From Methanobacteriota archaeon (GTDB lineage Archaea; Thermoplasmatota; Thermoplasmata; Thermoplasmatales; Aciduliprofundaceae), in assembly GCA_013154005.1 (NCBI GenBank), contig JAADDK010000002.1, positions 1,729-65,728 on the forward strand: a stretch of 64,000 nucleotides of DNA. The letters are read 5' to 3'. Each line of letters starts with the position of its first letter. Position 1 is the first letter of the stretch. The translations under genes and the position numbers were made by a program. The notes beneath the pieces were generated by a model. That model had not been told where the DNA came from. It made no database searches and saw nothing but the letters and a program-made list of their open reading frames with translations. Below, one piece after another: positions 39,800 to 47,900 of the stretch.

Positions 39800-41179
39800 C
39801 TACCCGCTACTGTGCCATTCTCTCTCCACTTTTTTCAGTGTGGCCAGCCCCCAGGGCAGGGCTATTGCCGATGCGGCGATGTTCGCAATAACTATACCTA
39901 TCCAGATTCCTGCCAGTCCGTAGCCCAGCACTATGCCGAGAAGGTACGTGAATATCACCTGCATTACCAGTCCGCGAAGTATCGTCTGTATGAACGAGTA
40001 CGTGCCCTTCTTTATGCCCCGAAACATGCTGGACGTGAGCATGCCCGCAGCCACTGCCGGGAAATAGAACACTATGTATCTGAGAAATTCTATTATGCCC
40101 GGGGCAAGAGACGCGGAGCTCTCCGAATACGTGAACAGGTACGTGAGCTGAGGTGCGAATATCCAGATTAGCGCGCCGGTTATTGCGCCAAGCACGGTGC
40201 CTATTTTCACACCGTACAGATACGCGATTTTGAGATTTTTCATGTTCTTTGCGCCGTACGCCGCCCCGGTGACCGATGTGACTGCGGCGGCTATACCTGT
40301 AAGCGGCACGATGGCGAGCATCACCACGCGCCAGCCACCTGCAAATACCGACATGCCATAGTCCCCGCCCGCGGATATCACGATGGTGTTGAGTATAATC
40401 ATTGTGAGCGACATTGAAATCTGTGCGAAAGATGAGGGTAATCCCACCGCGAATATTTCTTTGATTATGCTCCAGTTTCTGTGGAAATATCGCAATCGAA
40501 GCTGCACATACGTGTCTTTCTTCACAAGCAGCCAGAACATTATTATCGTGGCAGATACCGCGATGGATATCACCGTGGCCACTGCCGCACCGACCACGCC
40601 CATGTTGAAGGTGAATATGAATATCGGGTCCAGAATCATGTTGAGTATCGAGCTTATAAGCATCACGTACATTGCGCGTTTTGTATCACCTTCACCTCTC
40701 AGTATCGCGTTGCCCAGACTTGATAGGAACATAAGCGGCGTGCCGAGGATTATTACGGTGCCGTATGCCGTGGCCAGCTCCGCGATGTGTGCGCTGGCGC
40801 CCATTTTCAAGAATATGCCGTTCAGAAATGGAAGCATTAACAGTCCCACCGCGGTGCCGATTATCGTGCCCATGATAAGGGTATGCTCCGCGACGTTGCC
40901 CGCGCGCGCCCGGTCTTTGGAACCAATTGCTCTCGAGATGGCAGAGCTGCCTCCCACACCTATTCCCATACCAAGCGCCGAGAGAATGAGCATGAATGGC
41001 ATAAACAATCCCACCGCGGCCAGAGAATCTGCACCAACACCCGATACCCATATGCCATCTACAAAATTGTAAAGCGTCTGCACCATGCTCCCTATCATGA
41101 TGGGAATGGAGAGCTTGATTATGGCTTTTTTCGGGTCGCCCAGAAGAAGCGACAGATTGCGCTGCACATGGTCATTCAT
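39800..41179 (-). CDS. MATE-family efflux transporter
   Basis: It has 12 TM helices, with N-terminal LLGDPKKAIIKLSIPIMIGSMVQTLYNFVDGIWVSGVG and an internal duplication. Confidence 0.85.
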   Translation of the reverse strand: MNDHVQRNLSLLLGDPKKAIIKLSIPIMIGSMVQTLYNFVDGIWVSGVGADSLAAVGLFMPFMLILSALGMGIGVGGSSAISRAIGSKDRARAGNVAEHTLIMGTIIGTAVGLLMLPFLNGIFLKMGASAHIAELATAYGTVIILGTPLMFLSSLGNAILRGEGDTKRAMYVMLISSILNMILDPIFIFTFNMGVVGAAVATVISIAVSATIIMFWLLVKKDTYVQLRLRYFHRNWSIIKEIFAVGLPSSFAQISMSLTMIILNTIVISAGGDYGMSVFAGGWRVVMLAIVPLTGIAAAVTSVTGAAYGAKNMKNLKIAYLYGVKIGTVLGAITGALIWIFAPQLTYLFTYSESSASLAPGIIEFLRYIVFYFPAVAAGMLTSSMFRGIKKGTYSFIQTILRGLVMQVIFTYLLGIVLGYGLAGIWIGIVIANIAASAIALPWGLATLKKVEREWHSSG

Positions 41180-41631
41180 TTTTCCCCCTCCAGAATGGCT
41201 TCGATTTTTCTGGTGGTCTCTCTCAATATCCTGCCCAGCTCTTCCCGTTTTCTCTCATCGATGGAATTCATCTCTTTTATCGTCTCGGTGAGCACGTGCA
41301 TGAGCTCGTGGCCGCCGAGCTTGTGGAATTCACCTAAATTGCGGAGCGTGGTCTTTGCTTTATTCAGTTCTTCCGCTTTTTTCTCCAAATATTTTCTGCC
41401 AGCAGGCGTGATGCGGTAAGTTTTGCGGTCTCTCGGTCCTGAACTGCAGACCTCTATCAATCCCGCTTTTCTGAGCGATGCAAGGGTCGGATAAATAATC
41501 CCGGGGCTGGGCTTTTTAATGCCGTATTCCTCGGTGATTTTCTCGGATATTGCGTATCCGTGGAGTTCTTCGTCCTTTAGCGTGTCCAATATAATTAAGC
41601 GCATACCCTTCCTTCTGTTTTCGGCGAGCAT
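41176..41631 (-). CDS. PadR-family transcriptional regulator
   Basis: Contains LIILDTLKDEELHGYAISEKITEEYG...PSPGIIYPTLASLRKAGLIEV. Its stop overlaps the MATE start, so the two form an operon. Confidence 0.85.
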   Translation of the reverse strand: MLAENRRKGMRLIILDTLKDEELHGYAISEKITEEYGIKKPSPGIIYPTLASLRKAGLIEVCSSGPRDRKTYRITPAGRKYLEKKAEELNKAKTTLRNLGEFHKLGGHELMHVLTETIKEMNSIDERKREELGRILRETTRKIEAILEGEK

Positions 41632-41642
41632 GTTATCACCAG

Positions 41643-41660
41643 ATATATCAGTTGATATAT
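41643..41660. promoter_or_regulatory. Palindromic operator candidate between the padR TATA box and the start codon
   Basis: ATATATCA-GT-TGATATAT is an 8-bp perfect inverted repeat. It lies between the minus-strand TATA-like TTTAAATA (about 41676-41685) and the padR ATG at 41631. Confidence 0.5.
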
Positions 41661-41973
41661 TACATGATACATTGGTATTTAAATTTTGTGGTTTCTGGTT
41701 GAGAGGCGGCCCGCGGGTTGCCCGTTGATTATCTGAAAATTATGAACCTGATCAAGGGGATAGGTTCGAAGAATTCAATATCACAAAAATTTTCTTTGGT
41801 GTGAAGGGACACCCAGGTTTCCCTTTCAAAATCCTTCCTTTTAGAAGTGTTAGTTGAATATGATGCATCAAGCACATACCACATTCGTGGGCATGTTTGC
41901 AGCCCTTCGGGTCACACATTTTCCCTTACAAAAACATTCCTTAAAGATTCATGGGGTTTGGAAAAGTGGTCAG

Positions 41974-42048
41974 TGCTCCGGCCGGGATTTGAACCCGGGT
42001 CGAGGGGTTGAGAGCCCCTAATGCTTGGCCGTGCTACACCACCGGAGC
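41974..42048 (-). tRNA. tRNA-Glu (anticodon CUC)
   Basis: The reverse complement folds as a cloverleaf: acceptor GCTCCGG/CCGGAGC, anticodon arm AGGGG-CTCTCAA-CCCCT, T-arm CCGGG-TTCAAAT-CCCGG, discriminator A. No CCA is encoded. TATA TTTTTATAC is centred about 28 nt upstream. Confidence 0.9.
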
Positions 42049-42329
42049 CTGATTGGCGTAATTCGGTTTCAGTATAAAAACATTACACTTTCAGGGGGTG
42101 TCAAAGATTGAAATCGAGAATCGTTATGCGCGCCCATCGGGCTCTGGAGCCATCTAATAACAAGATTTATAAACCATATGAACATAATGGTGTGGGGAGA
42201 AATGGTCATGCTCTCACCTATTCACACTATCACGCTCATTACGATAATTACGGGCTCATACGATATGGAGGAGAAGTGAGAGGTGACTGTTTTTTCCCGA
42301 CGTGCATAATAACTACGGAATGGAGGTGA

Positions 42330-43544
42330 ATGAAGTTGTATAACGATCCCAATGCGGCAAAATATCTGATAACAGCAAGAATTGAGGCAGATGGTGTTGT
42401 GGAGAGGCCCGATGTTGTGGGCGCAATTTTTGGACAGACCGAGGGTCTTCTGGGCGACGATTTGGACCTAAGAGACCTGCAGAAAAGCGGAAGGATTGGG
42501 CGCATTGAAGTGGAAATAAAATCCGAGAAGGGGCGCTCTATCGGCGAGATAAGAATTCCTTCAAGCCTTGATCAGGTGGAAACCGCGATTCTGGCAGCGG
42601 CGCTGGAGACCATTGACAGAGTGGGTCCGTGCCGGGCGCGCGTGGAGGTGCTTGGCATAGAGGATATACGGGCAACGAAGAGACAGCGCGTGGTTGAGCG
42701 TGCCAAACAGTTGCTGCAGAGCATACTCGAGCAGGGCAAGCACGTGAGCGAAGATATCATCAAAGAGGTGCGCGAGAGCGTGGAAATCGAAGAGATAATG
42801 AGCTACGGTGAGGAGCACCTGCCTGCGGGTCCCAACGTGGACAAGAGCGATGCCATAATTGTGGTGGAGGGCAGAAGCGACATAATCAATCTTCTCAAGC
42901 ACGGCATAAAGAACACAATAGCCCTTAACGGCACCAACGTGCCCAAGACGATAGTGGAGCTGAGCAAGAAAAAGATGGTCACGGCGTTTCTGGACGGTGA
43001 TAGAGGTGGCGATTTGATACTCAAAGAGCTGCTTCAGGTGGCAGATGTGGATTTTGTGGCCCGTGCACCCAAGGGCTACGAGGTGGAAGAGCTCACGTAT
43101 AAACAGTTGCAGAAAGCGCTTCGCAACAAGATGCCCGTGGAACAGTATCTGGCCACCCATGACCTCGGCATAGAGCTGAACCGCGAGGAGAAGAAAGAAG
43201 AGGTTAAAGAGCAGCACACCACGTCCAAGCGTAAGAAGGAGACGGCAGAGAAGAAAGAGGACCCGATGGATGCGCTGTTCAAAGAGCTCAACGATAAAAA
43301 AGAGGCAGCGATTCTCAAAAATACCAAGGTTCTCACAAGATTCCCGCTCAACGAATTTATCGATAAACTCAAAGAGTTCAAGGAGAAGGGCGATACAATA
43401 GTGACCGGCGGCGTAATCTCGCAGCGGCTGGTGGATATTGCGCATCAGAAGGGCATAAAGACAATAATCGGGTACAAGGTGGGTAATGTGACCAAAAAGC
43501 CGGTATCTTTGAAAATAATCACGAAGGATACGGTGAAGAGATGA
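42330..43544 (+). CDS. dnaG: Archaeal DnaG (TOPRIM primase-like, exosome-associated)
   Basis: N-terminus is KYLITARIEADGVVERPDVVGAIFGQTEGLLGDDLDLRDLQKSGRIGRI. The TOPRIM domain is IIVVEGRSDIINLLKHGIKNTIALNGT...DGDRGGDLI. Confidence 0.93.
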   Translation: MKLYNDPNAAKYLITARIEADGVVERPDVVGAIFGQTEGLLGDDLDLRDLQKSGRIGRIEVEIKSEKGRSIGEIRIPSSLDQVETAILAAALETIDRVGPCRARVEVLGIEDIRATKRQRVVERAKQLLQSILEQGKHVSEDIIKEVRESVEIEEIMSYGEEHLPAGPNVDKSDAIIVVEGRSDIINLLKHGIKNTIALNGTNVPKTIVELSKKKMVTAFLDGDRGGDLILKELLQVADVDFVARAPKGYEVEELTYKQLQKALRNKMPVEQYLATHDLGIELNREEKKEEVKEQHTTSKRKKETAEKKEDPMDALFKELNDKKEAAILKNTKVLTRFPLNEFIDKLKEFKEKGDTIVTGGVISQRLVDIAHQKGIKTIIGYKVGNVTKKPVSLKIITKDTVKR

Positions 43545-45028
43545 TTGACCCGCGCAAGGAGTTCAGTTTGAAAGATTTCGAGACCACGGAAGAGATACTC
43601 ATACCGAAGGACCCGCTGGAGCGCGTGATTGGCCAGGACGAAGCGATATCCATCGCCAAGATGGCCGCGCATCAGCATCGAAACTTGCTGCTTGTGGGGC
43701 CTCCGGGCACGGGGAAGAGCATGACCGCCCAGGCAATCGCACTGCATCTTCCTCCGCCCACCGAGGAGATAGTGGTTGTCCACAATCCGCAGAATCCAGA
43801 GCGGCCCATGGTGGAGATACGCACTGCGGAGATTGTGCAAAGAGAGATGGAGGCGCGTAAATACGCGGAGGGCAAGTTGATAGAGCCCAGAGATGCACCG
43901 CCTGAAATAGCGATTAAGCTGGGATTTAAATGTGGCAAGTGCGGAGCGTATTCTTCGCCAGATGAGCCCATATGCCCAAAGTGTGGTGAGCCGAAGAAAG
44001 CGCAGACGGTCGGGCCGTTCGGAGACCTTTTTGGAAATATCGGCGCGGCGTTCGGCATCTCCACGTTTCCGCCCCGCATAACCCGTACAACTTACGAGGG
44101 TGGTGTGGAGAAGATTATTGTTTACGAGCGTGCTGGAGACATGATTCGCGTTCTGGACGAAAAAGCGCTGGAGAAAAGAAGAGAAATAGAGGGTAAAAAG
44201 CCGTACAAGGTGATTGTGCCGCTGAAGCGAAAGCCGTTTGTGCTTGCCACCGGCTCCAGTGAGACGGAATTGCTCGGCGACGTGCGTCACGACCCGTACG
44301 GTGGACATCCGCAGCTGGGCACACCGCCCTACAAGCGTGTGGTGCCGGGCGCCATACACGAAGCGCATCAGGGTGTGCTGTTTATAGACGAGATCACGCA
44401 TCTTGGCGAGTTGCAGAGACACATTCTCACCGCCCTGCAGGAGCGCAAGTTTCCGATATCCGGGCGCAATCCTCAAAGCGCGGGAGCGAGCGTGCGCGTG
44501 GACGATGTGCCGTGCGATTTTATTCTCGTGGCCGCGTGCAACATTCAGGATATACCGAAAATACTTTCCCCGCTGCGCTCAAGAATCGTAGGTGATGGAT
44601 ACGAGGTGCTTATGAACATCACCATGGAGGATAGCGAGGAGAATCGAAGAAAGTATGTGCAGTACATAGCACAGGAGATTCATGCGGACGGCAAGATACC
44701 ACATGCCACCAGAGAGGCGGTGATGGCCATAATAGAGGAGGGCAGAAGGCGCGCAAAGTCCATAGACGGAAAGGATAATGCGCTGACCCTGCGACTTCGA
44801 GATTTGGGAGGCCTGATTCGGGCGGCGGGGGACCTGGCGGTGATGAACGGAGACAGGTACATCGAAGCGAAGCACGTGAAAAAGGCCATTGACCTGGCAG
44901 TGCCCGTGGAAAAGAAAATCGAGAGATTATACGGCTCGTTCGAATCTGGCATGCTTCGGGATATGTCACCTTCGCAGAAGCCACCGTACAATTACTGGAA
45001 CGCCAGTGATGAAAATGGATACCAGTGA
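43541..45028 (+). CDS. Lon-related AAA+ ATPase lacking a protease domain, with a zinc-ribbon insertion
   Basis: Walker A is LLLVGPPGTGKSM and Walker B is GVLFIDEI. It has the LonB-like ATGSSETELLGDVRHDPYGG motif. CGKCG-x11-CPKCG is inserted between Walker A and B. No Ser-Lys protease domain and no TM helices are present. Confidence 0.7.
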   Translation: MIDPRKEFSLKDFETTEEILIPKDPLERVIGQDEAISIAKMAAHQHRNLLLVGPPGTGKSMTAQAIALHLPPPTEEIVVVHNPQNPERPMVEIRTAEIVQREMEARKYAEGKLIEPRDAPPEIAIKLGFKCGKCGAYSSPDEPICPKCGEPKKAQTVGPFGDLFGNIGAAFGISTFPPRITRTTYEGGVEKIIVYERAGDMIRVLDEKALEKRREIEGKKPYKVIVPLKRKPFVLATGSSETELLGDVRHDPYGGHPQLGTPPYKRVVPGAIHEAHQGVLFIDEITHLGELQRHILTALQERKFPISGRNPQSAGASVRVDDVPCDFILVAACNIQDIPKILSPLRSRIVGDGYEVLMNITMEDSEENRRKYVQYIAQEIHADGKIPHATREAVMAIIEEGRRRAKSIDGKDNALTLRLRDLGGLIRAAGDLAVMNGDRYIEAKHVKKAIDLAVPVEKKIERLYGSFESGMLRDMSPSQKPPYNYWNASDENGYQ

Positions 45029-45395
45029 ACTTGTTGCAATGGCGAAGAACGCGCGAGAAAATGCGTATGCTCCGTATTCCAGCTTCAGGGTGGGTGCGGC
45101 TGTGGTTTCGGATATCGGTGTGTTCACCGGTGCAAACGTGGAAAATGCATCATACGGGTTGACAATGTGCGCAGAGCGCGTTGCCATTTTCAGCGCTATA
45201 AGTGCGGGTGCAAAAGAAATCACAGAGGTTGCAGTATTTGCAGAGAGCATGCCGTATCCGTGCGGTGCATGTTTGCAGGTGATGGAAGAGTTCTGCACTC
45301 CCGAATGCCGTGTGATAGTTGCTGACCCGAAAAATATAAAGATTTTAACGCTGCGCGAGCTGCTACCGCATCCTTTTTCAAAGGATACTCTCTAA
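45009..45395 (+). CDS. cdd: Cytidine deaminase
   Basis: Contains YAPYSSFRVGAAV and the zinc ligands CAERVAI and PCGACLQ. ATG 45009 overlaps the end of the upstream gene. Confidence 0.9.
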   Translation: MKMDTSELVAMAKNARENAYAPYSSFRVGAAVVSDIGVFTGANVENASYGLTMCAERVAIFSAISAGAKEITEVAVFAESMPYPCGACLQVMEEFCTPECRVIVADPKNIKILTLRELLPHPFSKDTL

Positions 45396-47900
45396 CTTTT
45401 TGCGCAGAGTTTCGAGGTATTTTCTTCTTTCTTCCAGTTCTTTTTCCGTTTCCTCGATGTGTGCTTCTCTCTCTGCAAGCTCCTGGCTTTTTTTCTCAAT
45501 TTCTGCGTATAATCTTTCAATCTCCGCCCTCTCATTTTTCAGCGACTCTTCCATTTTTGTGAGTGAGTTCTCTTTCTTTTTGAGTTCTTCTTCCAGAAGT
45601 TTGAGCCTCTTTTCCATAGCCTTTAATTCGCGTTCTCTCTCTTTCAGTTCCTCCACTTTTTTCTGCTCGACAGATAGCGTCTCCCGTTCTCTTTTTATGG
45701 ATTCGAGTATCTTGCGCTTTTCTTCCATTTCTCTGCTCTTTGCATAGTTCAGTATTGAGAGCGCGGATTTACGCATCTCTTCTGCTTCTTTCATCTTGGC
45801 GTTCAGTTCTTCTTCCATTCTGGCCAGGTTTTCCTCTTTTATGCGCATCTCTTCTTCGCGCTCTGCCAGTTTTTCCTCCATCTCTCGAAGTTTTGCTTCT
45901 TTTGATTCCAGCTCTTTCAGCTTTGCGTCCCATTCTGCAATCTTTGCCTCTTTCTCTTTCAGCTCCTCCATCTTGGATTTGAGTTCATCTTCCTTTCGTT
46001 TTATCCTGTCCCGCTCGATGAGCACGGATTCTTCTTCTTTTGCAAGCTGCGTTTTTTCCTTTGCAAGCTCTTCCATCATCGCTTTTATTTCTGCTTCTTT
46101 TGTCTCCACCTCTTTAAGACGGTTTCTTACCTGCATCTCGTTTTCCATTATCCATGACTCTCTATTCTGCAACTCTGCCATCTTTGATTCTATTGCATTT
46201 TTTATGCGCTCAAGCTTCTCTTTCTCTATTTTCAGTTTTTCTATCTCCTCGCCCATGCTTTTCCAGAACTGTTCAATTGAATCTTTTTCCTCCTGCACAC
46301 TCTTTTGCTTTGCTTCGAGTGCCTTTTCCCTTTCTTTAAGGCGATTTTCCCATTCAGTAAGGCGTAGACGCTCTTTGTTAATCTCTTTCATATTCAGCTC
46401 CACAACCTTTTCCCGCTCTGGAAGGTCGCGGTACTTTTCACTCAACTCGCGCTCTTTTGTCTCCAGCTCAGCCTCTTTCTTTTTGGTTTCTTCCTCTCTT
46501 TTAATGAGCTCTTTGCGCAGCGCCTCCAGCTCTCCCTCTCTCTGTTTGAGGAGTTTTTCACGGGCCTTGATTTCGCTGGCAGTCTCTTCAAGCATTCGTT
46601 CCCTTTCATCTAATGCCGCCTGTATGCCCGATATCTGCACTTCTCTATTTTCCAGTGTTTCTTTGAGTCTGTTAAGCTCATCTTCTTTTTTGGATAGCTC
46701 TTCCCGTTTTCTCTCAAGCTGCGCTCTCTCCTGCGCAAGCTCCTCCCGCATATGCTCAAGCTCCACGTTCTTCTCGAGAATAATGCGCTCTTTTTGTTCG
46801 ATTTCGGCGGCGCGCAATCTAAGCGCGTTTTCCTTCTCTTTTATCGCAGCCTCTTTCTCTTTCAGTGTTTTTTCTAATTCCCGGATGCGCACCTCTCTGC
46901 CATCTATCTCTTTTTCCCTCTCTTCTATCGTTTTCTCGCGCTCGTTCAGCTCTTTTTCCCGCTCGTCCATTACACGCTCTCTGTCTTCGAGTTTTTTCTC
47001 TCTCTCTTTGAGCTCGTTTTCCTGCTTCTGAAGCTTCTCACCCATCTGTTTCAGATTCTTTCGCTCCACTTCGAGTTCGGCCTTTGCGTCTTCAATCGCT
47101 TTCCGCTCTTTTTCAAGTGCTTCTTTCTCTTTATCCAGCTTTAGCTGTTCTTCTGAGAGCTCTTTTCTTAACGAGTCCAGCGATTCTTTCATCTGGCGGA
47201 GCCGCTTCATCTCGCGCTCTATGTTTCGCTCTTTTGTCTGAAGCAGCAAAAGCTCCTCATCTAAATGGCTCTTCTCTTCCCTGAGATTTTCGGACATTTC
47301 TTTCAGTGCTGCTTCTTTCAGGGCCTGTCTTCTGCTTATTTCGTCTATCACGCGCCTCTTCTCGTCTAAAATTTTCTGCTGTGATTCTATTTCTTCTTTC
47401 AGTGCCTCTAACTCTTTTTTCTCGTTGATAATTCTCTGGAGATTATCCTCTATCTCTTTTCTTTTGTTTTCAATCTCCTGCTCTCTGGCAGATAGCTCCT
47501 CTTCTTTCTTTTTAAGGCGCTCTATGTATATTTTGAGTTTTTCTTTACGTTCCTGCAACTCCTGACGTAAAGAATCAACAATCTTGCTCTCCTCCTCCAC
47601 CTGCGCACGAACTTCGTCGATATCGCGGCTTTCGGTTAATTTTTTAAGCTGGGCAATCTCACTCTCTTTGAGTTCGAGCTCTTTGGTTCTGGAATCCAGC
47701 TCGTTTTTAAGGCGAACAAGTGCATTTTTGAGCTTTGAAATTTCCGCCTCTTTCTCTCTCAGCCGTTCCTGCAGTTTTTTGAGTTCTTCATCGTTAACTT
47801 TCTTTTCCGCAACTTCTTTTTCTTTCGGTTCGGCAGCGGGTTTCTTCTCCGTGCCGTCTCTTATTGCCTGTGCTTTATCAAGAAGACCCACTGCCACCAC
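45378..47900 (-). CDS. 840-aa Glu/Lys/Arg-rich coiled-coil protein, no recognisable globular domain
   Basis: It is a continuous heptad-like charged sequence (REKELNEREKTIEEREKEIDGREVRIRELEKTLKEKEAAIKEKENAL...). The GTG start overlaps the upstream gene by 23 nt. Confidence 0.7.
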   Translation of the reverse strand: MVAVGLLDKAQAIRDGTEKKPAAEPKEKEVAEKKVNDEELKKLQERLREKEAEISKLKNALVRLKNELDSRTKELELKESEIAQLKKLTESRDIDEVRAQVEEESKIVDSLRQELQERKEKLKIYIERLKKKEEELSAREQEIENKRKEIEDNLQRIINEKKELEALKEEIESQQKILDEKRRVIDEISRRQALKEAALKEMSENLREEKSHLDEELLLLQTKERNIEREMKRLRQMKESLDSLRKELSEEQLKLDKEKEALEKERKAIEDAKAELEVERKNLKQMGEKLQKQENELKEREKKLEDRERVMDEREKELNEREKTIEEREKEIDGREVRIRELEKTLKEKEAAIKEKENALRLRAAEIEQKERIILEKNVELEHMREELAQERAQLERKREELSKKEDELNRLKETLENREVQISGIQAALDERERMLEETASEIKAREKLLKQREGELEALRKELIKREEETKKKEAELETKERELSEKYRDLPEREKVVELNMKEINKERLRLTEWENRLKEREKALEAKQKSVQEEKDSIEQFWKSMGEEIEKLKIEKEKLERIKNAIESKMAELQNRESWIMENEMQVRNRLKEVETKEAEIKAMMEELAKEKTQLAKEEESVLIERDRIKRKEDELKSKMEELKEKEAKIAEWDAKLKELESKEAKLREMEEKLAEREEEMRIKEENLARMEEELNAKMKEAEEMRKSALSILNYAKSREMEEKRKILESIKRERETLSVEQKKVEELKERERELKAMEKRLKLLEEELKKKENSLTKMEESLKNERAEIERLYAEIEKKSQELAEREAHIEETEKELEERRKYLETLRKKLESIL

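Noticed and set aside
40383-41072. A 229-aa plus-strand ORF.
   Set aside because: It is antisense to the MATE transporter. Its hydrophobic mirror sequence is a common artefact opposite membrane-protein genes.
41700-41973. Possible SRP (7S) RNA, RNase P RNA or C/D-box sRNA in the long gap next to tRNA-Glu.
   Set aside because: The region is too AT-rich and lacks the long GC-rich helices and conserved motifs of 7S or RNase P RNA. No RUGAUGA...CUGA box pairs at sRNA spacing were found by eye. An unclassified ncRNA remains possible (see findings).
42108-42329. A 73-aa ORF (His/Tyr-rich) upstream of dnaG.
   Set aside because: It has no ribosome-binding site or plausible promoter spacing, an odd composition, and abuts the dnaG start. 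It is more likely the dnaG 5' region or promoter.
42561-44476. Minus-strand ORFs of 294 and 343 aa.
   Set aside because: They are antisense to dnaG and the Lon-related ATPase gene. Their Leu/His/Arg-rich shadow composition carries no domain signatures.
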